Positions 22,074 through 31,907 of a stretch of DNA of 64,000 bases are shown in pieces; position 1 is the first letter of the stretch; the number at the start of each line of letters is the position of its first letter. The stretch is from Rebecca billardiae RCC1528 (taxonomy: Eukaryota > Protista > Haptophyta), in the NCBI GenBank assembly GCA_965240325.2, contig OZ251222.1:3162001-3226000 (forward strand), read 5' to 3'. The translations under genes were made by a program, and so were the position numbers. The notes under the pieces are model-generated. The model had not been told where the DNA came from, did not search any database, and worked only from the letters and a program-made list of their open reading frames with translations.

Positions 22074-25000
22074 ATGCGGTACGCTCGGCGCGTTGACACG
22101 ATCGTGCGACTTGGGGCGATCCTCGCCCGACGTGCACGTCGAAAGCTCGCACCGGCCATAGCATCATGCGCTGCGCACGATGACCGCCTCGCGCGATCCA
22201 CCGTCGCGCGTCGGGCTCGGTGCGAGAAAGCCCTGATCACGAGGCGTCTCGCGGGCGGGAAGCGCCATCGCACGCGACGCAAGATTTGGCGCGGCCTTCT
22301 GAACACCATAACCGGAATCCACACACCGGACTGTCGCGTGCCCCGGTTGGGCAAGGTCGGGCGCATGCAAATCCGTTTGCTACGGTCGGTTGTGTTCCAG
22401 AGCGAGCGCTCATCATTCGCGCTCGCGAGCTCGCGGCCAAAGCCCAAAGATCGCTCGGCGCTCGGGGGCCCACGTCCGGCCTGCATGGCGTCGACGGTGG
22501 CCAATGCGACGGAGGGGCAGCGCAAAGCGACGTACGACGCGCACCGCACGCACCTGCTGGGTCTGCCGCCGTGGCAGGAACCGTATCTTGGCGAGTCGGC
22601 GACCCAGGCGACAACGCGCTATCGCCGATCCCAGACGAGCATCCGCAACGAGATGATACGCCGAGCGTGCAACATCGCCGCGCCATCCTCCACCATGGCA
22701 CGGGCGCTGCGGGACGAGGCCAACGTCGTGAAGCCGGTGACGCATGCGCTGCGCTTCGTGTGCCTGCTCGAGCAGCGCGTGCCCACCGTCGATCGCGAGT
22801 GGCACACGCTCTCGCACTGCGCGCGCGTACACCGCCAACAGCTCCTGATACCGCCGAACGTGCGAGTGCCGGACCTGTCGCGCGGAGCGGCGAGCGCCGA
22901 CGAGCGCTTGGACCTGGACGCGCTGTTGCGCAGCGTGGCGGCCGTGCACGACGCCGACGCGACCTTCGCCGAGCCCATCGTGCCCGGAGCGGACATTGGC
23001 ATCCTCGCGACACACGATCTCAGCTGGCGCCACGAGGAGATGCTCACGATCTCCTCTGGCGGATTCGTCGGCGGCGAGGCGCTCGACTACGTCATCGCCG
23101 TCGAGATGCGGCACATGCAGCGCGTACGCGCGCTCGCGCGGAGCCACGGGCTGCCCGCCCCGCCCCGCGTGCTGCACGTTCCCTCGTGGGTGTGGACCTT
23201 GCTCATGGGCGCGGGCGTGTACGCGTGGGAGAAGGTGGCCGACATCTTTGCGCTCTTCGACCTGAACGAGTACGACGTGCTCTCCTTCGTCATCAACCAG
23301 GACGGCAACCACTGGGCGCAGGGGCTCGTCGACTTGCGCCGCGAGATCATCGAGTACCGCGAGCCCCTGGGCGGAGGCGACATGATCGGGTTCGTCTCGA
23401 ACGTGCAGCTGCTGCTCGCCGACGCGCACGAGGCTCAGCAGCAGCGCACACCGCGCACACGCGCGCAGCGCGACCCCTCCACGTGGCGCGTGTTCGAGCG
23501 CGCGCGCGTGCGGCCGTTGACGATGGCGCGGCAGGTGCCGGGCACGGTGCACTGCGCGGTGCTCGTCTTCGCGTACGTCCTCGACACCGTGCGAGGCCAC
23601 GCGCCGTGCGGCATGAGCCAGCCCTTCGACCCCAAGGAGTGGCGGCGCTTGATGCTGCTCACGGCGCTCACGGGCAAGTCTTTTGCCGACGTGGCAGGGA
23701 CGTGCGCGCAGCCCGACGCGATGGCGACGTGTGTCGAAGGCGCACGCGAGTCGGCGCGCTCGCATCCGTCGCCGCATATCGCGCAGCGCGCCTGCGACCC
23801 CGCGCTCGCCGCGGAGACCAACGCCGCGGACGCGACAGCGAGCCCAGCCGCCCCCATCGCCGGGCTCCCAGCCGTTGCCGACGCCATGCGCGTGGACATG
23901 GAGGAGTCGTGCGACGCGCTCGGTGACGCCGCCGCGCCGAACCGCGGCACGGCGCCGCCGCGGCACTCGCGCGTGCTACGCTCGCAGGCGCCAGCGCACG
24001 GCTCGGCGCCATCCGCCCCGCATCCCACGCCGAGCGGCGCAGCGCCCGTGGGCGCCTTGCAGCCGGGCGCGCCGCCGCGCGCCGACGACCACGTCGCCGA
24101 GGAGCCGCTGAGCGACGACCAGGCCGATGCCACCGGCGTGACCAGCATGGCGGCGCCGCGACACTCGCGCGTGCTGCGCTCGCAGACGTCGGCGCGCGAC
24201 TCGGCGCTTTCCAGACCGCACCCCACGCCGAGCGGCGCCGCCCTCTTGGCCGCCTCGCAGCCCGGCGCGCCGCCGCCCACCGACGGCCAGCTGGTCGGCG
24301 ACCCGATGAGCGACGACGAGGCCGACGCCACCGGCGCGACGGGCATCCCGCCGCCGACTCCGGACTTCGACCCGCCGGAGCACGTGCAGGGGAGGATCCA
24401 CGCGAACACGCACTCGTGCGCAGCGATGCTCACCTTCAGCCGCGGCGAGGAGAAGCACGCCGTTGGCATGTGCACCGTGTGCCTGCAGGTGCGCAACATT
24501 GGCCACGACTCCGGCGCCGATCTGAGCGCACGCCCAGGGTTCAACACGGTCATCGCCGCGCCGTGGGACTGCCAGCCGCGCGCGCAGCGCTATCCGGGCG
24601 CGCCCAAGTCGCGCGTGATGTGCAAGATCTGCATGGCGCTGAACACCAGCGCGGCGCGGCGCCGCACGCCGGACAACAACGAGCTCAAGGCACACCCCTA
24701 CTCGGGCTTCTCCAGCCCCGCCGGCGACATGTCCAGCGACCTCCACCACAACAACATGCACTTCCTGCCCGTGTCCGAGTACCTGCTGCCGTGCACCGAG
24801 TTCGAGCTGCAGCTGCTGGGCAAGTACGCGTGCGCCGCCACCCTGCACGCGCTCCAGGGCGGCGCCGGCCTCGAGCAGCGCGGCTGCATCACCTTCCTCA
24901 TCGACGACGTGAAGGTGAGCCGCTGGCTGCCGCGCCTGCCGACGGACGTGGACTACGTCGTCGTCGTGCCCACCACCGCGAGCGGCGAGCGGCGGCTGCG

Positions 25001-28000
25001 CAAGCGCTACGTCGTGTCGCGCTCGCGGCTGGCGCTCGCCATCCGCTCGCTGTGCGTCGGCGTGCCGCAGGGGGGGCACGCCGCCGTGCCGCTCGGCGAG
25101 GCCGCAGCCAACTACGTGCGCTACCCTTACAACGACCACAACGGCGTGCTGACCGACACGGGCTCGGCGGCGCACACGCCCCTGCGCGGGCGCTTCTTCC
25201 GCCGCGACCGAATGCCCAATCCCGCGTTTCACGACGTGAACGTGCGCCACGAGAGCCTCGCCAGCCTCCCCGAGGGCGCCGTGCCCAACGACCTCTTCGT
25301 CGTGCGCGTGCCGCCGGGCCACCCGGACGCCGGCGCAGCCGACGCAGACGTGAACGGGCGCCCTCGGTGGACGCGCGCCGGCGACGACGCCGAGGTGGAC
25401 GCCGACGAGGTCGCGGGCTTCGTGCAGATCCCAGCGGACGTGGACGTGCACGAGGCCCTGATGCAGTCGCTCGCCGACTCCGTGGGCGAGGCCGCGCGCG
25501 ACGCCTACGTGCGCTCCGGCCGCGGCGTCGCCGCCGCCGCGCTGCAGCGCCGACGCGCAGCGCTCGTCGACCCGTGGAAGACCCCCGGCTTCTGGAGCGG
25601 CCTCTTCGTGCGCGTCTTCTCCGGCGGCGGCGGCGACGGCACGCTGTCCACCGAGAAGACGCTCGACGCGCTGCACTGGATCGAGCACGTCACGTGGGCG
25701 GCGCCCGGCCGCGTCGCCGCGCACCCGCTCGTCGGCATCGTGCTCCAACGGCTGCGCATGCAGAAGCAGGCGAGCGGCCAGGCGGCGTTTGGCATCAACG
25801 CGCACCTGAACGAGCCCGATCTGCCCGTCGAGACGATGCGCGAGCGCATGGAGGCCGGCGACGAGACGATCTTCAACGCGCTGTACGGCCTCACGGGCAA
25901 CGTCCCGGGCACCTCGTCCTCGACCAAGACCAAGATGAAGGAGATGCTGGCCATGTACCACGAGCGCACGTTCACCGAGGTGGAGAACATGGAGTGCATG
26001 CCGCCGTCGTTCGTCTTCTTCTCGCGCGCGTGCGCCGAGTACTGGTGGCTGCCGCTCGCGCGCGCGCTGCGCGACGCGGCCGCCGAGCACGCCACCGCCG
26101 CCGCCGCCGCGATGGGCAACGACGCCGCCGCGGCGCGCCGCACCACGCTCGAGCTCTGGGAGCACAAGCCGCGCGCGCAGCTGCGCGACGCCATCCGCTC
26201 GATGCCACAGATCGTCACAGCGTACTTCGACTGGCGCTGCGTGAACTTTCATAACACCGTCGGCATCCACGCGGACCACATGAACGACGCGATGTGGAAG
26301 TACGAGTACGCCGAGCTGCGCAGCTTCATCCACAGCCACGGGTGCGGCGTTTCGCACGCCGCCTCGCGCGCGGTCAACGGCGCGCGCGACAAGGCCGAGC
26401 GCGCGACGCGCGACGAGAAGGGCGAGGGTCGGCCGCCCGAGGAGCCCATCGACGCCGATGACGACGGCGCCCCCGCAGAGCGCGCCAAGAGCGTGCGCGA
26501 GTGGGACGAGACCTTCCGACGCCACTTTGCGACGCAGCTGCACGCCGTGCTGCACACGACCGCCGCCGACGAGTACGTGCACGACGACGAGCTGGGCTGC
26601 GAGGTGCGCCGCGCGGACGGTTGGTCGACCTGGCAGGTGGACTCCTACCACCCGGCCGGCACGACGTGGAACGACGACACCGAAGCGCACGAGCCCAACA
26701 CGGCGGAGTGGGGCAAGCCGGCGGGCACGGCGCGCGTGCCGCGCGGCGCGGCCCACCCGTGCGCGCGCACGCTGCCCGAGATGTACGGCTCGGAGGCCAA
26801 GCTCTTCCGGTGGCGCATCGACTCGTGCAACGCGTCGTGCATGCACACGTGCATGTGCTCGTACTGCCTGCACAAGGTGAAGGAGGCGATCCGCTCGGAC
26901 GAGGACGGCGAGACGCATTGGAAGTGCCGCTTCGGCATCGCCACGTTCGACAAGCGGCTCGTGGTCGCCGAGACGCGCGCCATCGACTCGGGCGACGGCC
27001 ACTTCGTGCAGCACGGCCGGCACTACCGGTACGAGAGCCCCACGGACTGTTGGCCACGGCTCGCACAGCCGCGCAGCGGAACGTCGTGGCAGGGCAACAA
27101 CGACACGAAGCTGATCATCGCGGTGGAGACGCGCGATTCGGCCGGCGACCTCATCTTCGAGCACGTGCACTACGTGTGCGACTACGCGTTCAAGACGCAC
27201 GACACGGAGGATCAGTGCCGGCGGCTGTACCGCAGCTTGCTCGAGCCGCCTGCCCTGCCGCCGCCGCCCACAGATGCCAACCAGCCGCGCGCATTGGCGC
27301 CGCCGACGACGGACGCGGACGCGAGCGACCCCACGGCCGCGACGGCGCACGCGACGACCGACGCGACGCCCCCGGCCGCCGAGCCCGGCCACGCTCTCGA
27401 CAGCGCACCGCCCGGCGCACCGGCCGCCGCGTCGCTCGGCGCGCCTAACGCAGGCGCCGCGCACGACGCGCCGGCCGCCGCCGCCGCCGAGCCGCCGCCG
27501 GCCGGCGACGTGCGCACCGCCGCCAACATCGCATACAGCTTTGCGCTGCGCGCCGTGGGCCTCGTGCCGCTCCGCCACCAGCAGGCGAACCACCTCAACT
27601 CGGGCACGCCGATCACGCGGCAGACGGCGCGGCCGGTGCGCGTCGGCATGGGCGGCGGCCGCGTGCTGCGCGCGCGCCCGACGGCACTGATGCCCAACGG
27701 CGAGCCCGCGCCGCGCCCGCCGACGTCGATGTGGCCAGCGTCGCGCGTCGAGGCCAAGAAGCCCGTCATGCAGCAGTACATCGACTACCGCGAGGAGCGC
27801 ATCGACGAGGGCTACTCCGAGTGGCTGAGCCTGCACGAGTGGCTCGTGCGTTGCCAGTGCGCACGCAACACGTCGCCGCCAGAGACGTGCCCGTGCCAGC
27901 GCAACCTGTTCGTGCAGGCGACGGGCGTCACGTACATGGTGAGCTGGCCGATGCAGCAAGGGTGGGCGACGATGCAGCTGCTGCTCCACTCGCGCAGGCG

Positions 28001-30617
28001 GTGGTTCACCGAGGCCGACGTGCTCGTCATGCTCGACGGCCAGCCGGCGGCGTCCGCGCACGACGCGCTGCTCGACGCGTGCTGGCTCGACGAGAACGAC
28101 GACGGCGAGCTCCGTCGGTCCGTCGAGTCGTGCGACACGCATGCGAACGAGCTGCCGTGCTCGCACGTGCCGCACGCGCGGGGCGCGCGCTGGGCGTCGG
28201 GCGAGTTCCCGCCGGGCGTCGTGGAGCTCATCAAGCACGCGCACACCGCGAGCACCTTCCGCGGGCGCCGGCGCGCCGCGCAGGCCGCTTGCGCGAGGCA
28301 GCGCGCCATGGAGCGGCGGCAACGCGAACAGGAGGAGCGCGCGCCAGCTGCCGACGCGCGCGACGCGGACGGCGAGACGGACGCCTCCGACAGCGAGCGC
28401 GACGACGGCGCCGATCGCGCGCGCACCGCCAACGATCTCGAGGCGCTCGCATCGGCGGCGCGCGTCGCGCCGGCGCTCGCCGGCGGCGCCGACGACGGCG
28501 TGGGCACGTACACAGTGCGACCCGCGCCGCCGGGCTTCAACTGGCACGCGGCGGGTCGCGAAGCGCTCGCGCGCGGTCTCGCCGCTTACGACTGTGACGC
28601 CCCGACGGCGCTCGCCGCGCTGGGCGCCGATGTCGAGCGCGCGCTGGCCGACCATCTGCCGCGCCAGCTCGCCTCGCGCGCGCACAGCGCACTCGCCAAC
28701 GTCGCCGGCCAGACGAGGCCGGGCGCGACGGCGAACGCCGCCGTGCGCACGGACGCGACAGTTCGGTCCTTCGAGCTCGCGCCTTTAGACGTGCCGCTGC
28801 TGCGAGCGTCGCCGAGCCAGCGCGCGGCCATCGCCGTGACATTGCTCTCCATGCTCCGACGGGCGACGAGTCCGACGACGAGCGGCGCCGCGCCGGACTT
28901 TCAGTATTCGCGGCTGCTGCTGCACGGCGAGGCGGGCACGGGTAAGAGCGTCGTTCTGCGCGGACAAGAGCGCTGCGCGCACCGCCTCTTCGGCGCGCGC
29001 CCCGCCGGCGAGCGCTGCGCCGGGGGACTCGCGCCCACGGGCGCCGCCGCGGTTTCGATGTCGCCGCGCGCGCGCACGGTCGCAAGCACGTGCCCGGAGC
29101 GCCTCGACCGGAAGAACGGCGCCGACGACGCGGGCAGCTTGAGCCTCGAGCGCGTCAACGCGCTGCGCGCGCTCGCGTGCGTCGACCAGGCGAGTGGCGA
29201 TCTGCGCTCGGCGCTCGAGCTGGTGCAAATCGACGAGTCGTCGATGCTCACGGCGCGCCAGTTCGAGAGCGTCGTGATGGACTTTGCGCAGGCGCTCGGC
29301 ATGCCCGTGCCGGCGGCGGCGCCCGGCGCGCGCCTCACGCGCATGCTGCCCTTCGATCAGACGGTAGCCGGCGACCCGTCGCAGCTCGACCCCGTCGGCA
29401 AGAACAACCTCGACTGGCCGCTCGCCCGGCTGCAGGGGCTGCAGCGGCTGGGCGGCGTGCGCTATCGCCAGGAGTTCGTGGACGCCATCGTGCTCACCGA
29501 GCAGAAGCGGCTGCAGCTCGTCGACGACGACGATCGCGCGCTGCAGCGGCTCCAACGCCACATGAAGCACGGGCTGCTCGACCGGCAAGACTTTGACTGG
29601 GCGCAGACGCGCGTGCTCGGCAACATGTCGGAGGAGGAGCGCGAGCTGTTCGAGCGCGTCGACGAGGTGATGCACGTGTGGGGGCGGCGCGCCGACGTGA
29701 ACGACGGCAACGTGCGCTGCGTCGACGCGCTGGCCGCCGTGCGCGACGAGCCGGCCGCCACAGTGCGCGCCACGACGAGCGTCGGCCGATGCCGCGCCTC
29801 GCGCGACCCGAACAAGCAGGTCGGGCAGCTGCCGATGTACACGCACCTCGCGCCCTCGTCCGTGCTCGTGTGCTGCGCGAACGGCGGCGGCTACCCCGAG
29901 CTGTGCGCGCCGTGCGGCATCGCCAACGCCACGCGCGGGACGTGCGTCGCCGCCATGTACGCGCCGGGCGAGGGCGCGCCCGAGCACCAGCCGGCGGCGG
30001 TCGTCGTGCACCACCCGACGTACAAGGGCGAGCCGATTGCCGCGGGCTGGCCGCCGACGTGGGTGGCGTACGCGCCCGTCGCCAAGGACTGCGACGCCCA
30101 CTGCTGCTCGCGCACGATGGTGCCGCTCGAGCCCGGCATGCACGTGACGTTCTTCAAGGTGCAGGGCATCACCGTGGGCGAGAAGGAGATGATCAAGCGC
30201 ATTGTCGTGCACCTCGACTTCAGCAGCGGCCTGAACACCGAGGCGCTCTGGCCCAGGTCGACGTACGTCGCCTTCACGCGCCCGCGCCGCGCGCGCGACT
30301 TTGCGCTCGCCGCCTCGCTCACGCTCGAGAACTTCATGGCGATCAACAACGCCGCGTGGCGCGCGGACGCCGAGATCGAGCGCCAGCGCGTCGCCGAGCT
30401 CGACGCCGCGACGCGCGCGCGCATGGCGCCGCACATGAGCGATGAGGGCTGGGTGGCGCTGCTCGCGCGACTCGACGCGGCCTGCGACGACGGCGTGCGC
30501 GACGCCGCGTGCGCTGCCGCCGCCGCCGACGACGACGACGATCGGCTCGCGTGCGCGCTCGACGGCTGCGCCTCGTGCGCAATCTGGCGCGTGGCGCGCG
30601 CCGACGGGCACGAGTAG
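22074..30617 (+). CDS. Ulp1-like protease - CxxC/DUF6570-like - HUH(Y2) Rep - Pif1 helicase polyprotein
   Basis: Protease: INQDGNHW..YREPL..RQVPGTVHC. Rep: FFSRACAE, KYEYAELRSFIHSHG, WQGNND..HYVCDYAFK. Helicase: LHGEAGTGKS, APTGAAA, IDESSM, GDPSQLDPV, LTEQKR, TFFKVQGIT, YVAFTRPR. No stops or frameshifts over 8.5 kb. True start may be ATG 22365 or 22485. Confidence 0.9.
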   Translation: MRYARRVDTIVRLGAILARRARRKLAPAIASCAAHDDRLARSTVARRARCEKALITRRLAGGKRHRTRRKIWRGLLNTITGIHTPDCRVPRLGKVGRMQIRLLRSVVFQSERSSFALASSRPKPKDRSALGGPRPACMASTVANATEGQRKATYDAHRTHLLGLPPWQEPYLGESATQATTRYRRSQTSIRNEMIRRACNIAAPSSTMARALRDEANVVKPVTHALRFVCLLEQRVPTVDREWHTLSHCARVHRQQLLIPPNVRVPDLSRGAASADERLDLDALLRSVAAVHDADATFAEPIVPGADIGILATHDLSWRHEEMLTISSGGFVGGEALDYVIAVEMRHMQRVRALARSHGLPAPPRVLHVPSWVWTLLMGAGVYAWEKVADIFALFDLNEYDVLSFVINQDGNHWAQGLVDLRREIIEYREPLGGGDMIGFVSNVQLLLADAHEAQQQRTPRTRAQRDPSTWRVFERARVRPLTMARQVPGTVHCAVLVFAYVLDTVRGHAPCGMSQPFDPKEWRRLMLLTALTGKSFADVAGTCAQPDAMATCVEGARESARSHPSPHIAQRACDPALAAETNAADATASPAAPIAGLPAVADAMRVDMEESCDALGDAAAPNRGTAPPRHSRVLRSQAPAHGSAPSAPHPTPSGAAPVGALQPGAPPRADDHVAEEPLSDDQADATGVTSMAAPRHSRVLRSQTSARDSALSRPHPTPSGAALLAASQPGAPPPTDGQLVGDPMSDDEADATGATGIPPPTPDFDPPEHVQGRIHANTHSCAAMLTFSRGEEKHAVGMCTVCLQVRNIGHDSGADLSARPGFNTVIAAPWDCQPRAQRYPGAPKSRVMCKICMALNTSAARRRTPDNNELKAHPYSGFSSPAGDMSSDLHHNNMHFLPVSEYLLPCTEFELQLLGKYACAATLHALQGGAGLEQRGCITFLIDDVKVSRWLPRLPTDVDYVVVVPTTASGERRLRKRYVVSRSRLALAIRSLCVGVPQGGHAAVPLGEAAANYVRYPYNDHNGVLTDTGSAAHTPLRGRFFRRDRMPNPAFHDVNVRHESLASLPEGAVPNDLFVVRVPPGHPDAGAADADVNGRPRWTRAGDDAEVDADEVAGFVQIPADVDVHEALMQSLADSVGEAARDAYVRSGRGVAAAALQRRRAALVDPWKTPGFWSGLFVRVFSGGGGDGTLSTEKTLDALHWIEHVTWAAPGRVAAHPLVGIVLQRLRMQKQASGQAAFGINAHLNEPDLPVETMRERMEAGDETIFNALYGLTGNVPGTSSSTKTKMKEMLAMYHERTFTEVENMECMPPSFVFFSRACAEYWWLPLARALRDAAAEHATAAAAAMGNDAAAARRTTLELWEHKPRAQLRDAIRSMPQIVTAYFDWRCVNFHNTVGIHADHMNDAMWKYEYAELRSFIHSHGCGVSHAASRAVNGARDKAERATRDEKGEGRPPEEPIDADDDGAPAERAKSVREWDETFRRHFATQLHAVLHTTAADEYVHDDELGCEVRRADGWSTWQVDSYHPAGTTWNDDTEAHEPNTAEWGKPAGTARVPRGAAHPCARTLPEMYGSEAKLFRWRIDSCNASCMHTCMCSYCLHKVKEAIRSDEDGETHWKCRFGIATFDKRLVVAETRAIDSGDGHFVQHGRHYRYESPTDCWPRLAQPRSGTSWQGNNDTKLIIAVETRDSAGDLIFEHVHYVCDYAFKTHDTEDQCRRLYRSLLEPPALPPPPTDANQPRALAPPTTDADASDPTAATAHATTDATPPAAEPGHALDSAPPGAPAAASLGAPNAGAAHDAPAAAAAEPPPAGDVRTAANIAYSFALRAVGLVPLRHQQANHLNSGTPITRQTARPVRVGMGGGRVLRARPTALMPNGEPAPRPPTSMWPASRVEAKKPVMQQYIDYREERIDEGYSEWLSLHEWLVRCQCARNTSPPETCPCQRNLFVQATGVTYMVSWPMQQGWATMQLLLHSRRRWFTEADVLVMLDGQPAASAHDALLDACWLDENDDGELRRSVESCDTHANELPCSHVPHARGARWASGEFPPGVVELIKHAHTASTFRGRRRAAQAACARQRAMERRQREQEERAPAADARDADGETDASDSERDDGADRARTANDLEALASAARVAPALAGGADDGVGTYTVRPAPPGFNWHAAGREALARGLAAYDCDAPTALAALGADVERALADHLPRQLASRAHSALANVAGQTRPGATANAAVRTDATVRSFELAPLDVPLLRASPSQRAAIAVTLLSMLRRATSPTTSGAAPDFQYSRLLLHGEAGTGKSVVLRGQERCAHRLFGARPAGERCAGGLAPTGAAAVSMSPRARTVASTCPERLDRKNGADDAGSLSLERVNALRALACVDQASGDLRSALELVQIDESSMLTARQFESVVMDFAQALGMPVPAAAPGARLTRMLPFDQTVAGDPSQLDPVGKNNLDWPLARLQGLQRLGGVRYRQEFVDAIVLTEQKRLQLVDDDDRALQRLQRHMKHGLLDRQDFDWAQTRVLGNMSEEERELFERVDEVMHVWGRRADVNDGNVRCVDALAAVRDEPAATVRATTSVGRCRASRDPNKQVGQLPMYTHLAPSSVLVCCANGGGYPELCAPCGIANATRGTCVAAMYAPGEGAPEHQPAAVVVHHPTYKGEPIAAGWPPTWVAYAPVAKDCDAHCCSRTMVPLEPGMHVTFFKVQGITVGEKEMIKRIVVHLDFSSGLNTEALWPRSTYVAFTRPRRARDFALAASLTLENFMAINNAAWRADAEIERQRVAELDAATRARMAPHMSDEGWVALLARLDAACDDGVRDAACAAAAADDDDDRLACALDGCASCAIWRVARADGHE

Positions 30618-30685
30618 CGTCGTTTTGTGGTGATCACAGCTTTAAACAATTTCAATTCGTGGCTTATTCGTCACGAATTCACGTC

Positions 30686-30725
30686 GCGTTCAGGTCGTCC
30701 ATCGCCGTCCAGACGACCTGAACGC
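30686..30725 (+). other. Perfect 14-bp stem-loop downstream of the RepHel ORF (candidate rolling-circle termination hairpin)
   Basis: GCGTTCAGGTCGTC-catcgccgtcca-GACGACCTGAACGC. Confidence 0.8.
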
Positions 30726-31191
30726 AAATGAATCATGACATCACACTCCGCCACCAGCACTGATGTTTAGCTCCGAGGACAAACCGTCACCGTCAGGCGG
30801 CGACGGCGTCACTCACTCACCGCGTCACGAGCACGCCGCCGTCGCACGCCTGATCAGTTGGCAGTGCGTGCGCGCAGTCGACGGCTCGGCACGATGACGA
30901 GTAGCACAGTGGGTGCAGGAATACACGCGCAATCACACTGTCGCTGAGCTCGCACCAGAGTCATCTGTCGCGTTAGTATTCGTCAGTGAGTCGGGTAGCT
31001 CACAATCATCTCGGTATGATGTCGCATTGTTATTCGTAGTCATCCTGCCCGTCAAACCGCTATTATAAATAAAAGGCGCGAACCCGCTGGGGAAATATTG
31101 CGACAGCACTGGCACGGCCCGCCGACCCCCCCGCCCGCCAGGGCTGAGTTTTATTAACGTGCACACTTGGTTAACATTTTACTAAGAATAA

Positions 31192-31222
31192 GAGACGCAC
31201 ACAGCTCAGGCAGGCGAGATTG
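31192..31222 (+). repeat. Dispersed repeat B; identical 31-bp copy at 61963-61993
   Basis: GAGACGCACACAGCTCAGGCAGGCGAGATTG at both sites, each preceded by an ACTAAG..AATAA-like sequence. Confidence 0.85.
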
Positions 31223-31907
31223 CAGTATCATAATATCTCCCTTGATGATGAGTACCGGTCGCGCGGGCAGGCAGTGGCAGGCCGGAGGAGTTGAGAGTGC
31301 TGAACCGAGGCAGCTCGGAGGGTGTCCACCGCCCACGCAGGCCGCTGCCGCACGATCGTTCAATCCGACAGACTCAGCGCAGGTGCGCGCAGCTGCGGCG
31401 GGTCCCAACGGCCGTCGGCATCGCATTCGTGCCTCGCTCACCCCGCGCGCCCCGCCCTGCCGACCCGCGTCCACGCGCGTGCGCGCCCGCGTCGCGCAGC
31501 CTTTTCGGTGCAAGCTCCGTTCTGCTGGTGTTCGAGACTGTGGCTGGCGCAGGCGCACGAGGAGAGGGCAGCGCGAGTGTCTGCGTGCTCGCTGCATCTT
31601 GCTGCGCGATGGTCCGCTCGTCTGCTCCCACGATCTCGACCGATCTCGTCTGGGAGCGGCGAGCGCACGATCAGCTTGCAGCTGCCAACACAGCGCTCGG
31701 CGTGAGCAGCCCGCGGGAGCGGTGGCAGTGACCGAGCTGCGCCGCACCGCCGGCCGCACGCGCGTGCGCCAGTTGGGTGGCGTCGTGGTCTCGCCTTTCA
31801 GCCGTTTCATCCGCCGCTCAGGCCGATTTTACGCCGTCAGCAGCCATTTGTCGACGCGCTACGCGTCAGACGGCTGACGAGCCGGGTGAGCCGCCTGTGG
31901 GCCGTCA

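Larger units (their letters stand above)
20544..30746 (+). mobile_element. Autonomous Helitron/Helentron-type rolling-circle element (minimal extent; may reach ~17544-32365)
   Basis: Contains the RepHel ORF, a 19-bp inverted repeat (20544-20562 / 30728-30746) and a perfect 14-bp hairpin at 30686-30725. Exact termini are uncertain. Confidence 0.75.

Noticed and set aside
23976-28685. 1569-aa antisense ORF and many other long Arg/Ala-rich overlapping ORFs
   Set aside because: Shadow frames of GC3-rich genes in which stop codons are rare; no domain motifs.
28926-30300. Host PIF1 gene
   Set aside because: The helicase is fused in frame to a HUH Rep and flanked by element-like repeats.
20544-30746. 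Giant-virus, Polinton or DDE-transposon interpretation of the central element
   Set aside because: No capsid, polymerase B, integrase or DDE motifs seen; HUH plus Pif1 points to a Helitron-type element.
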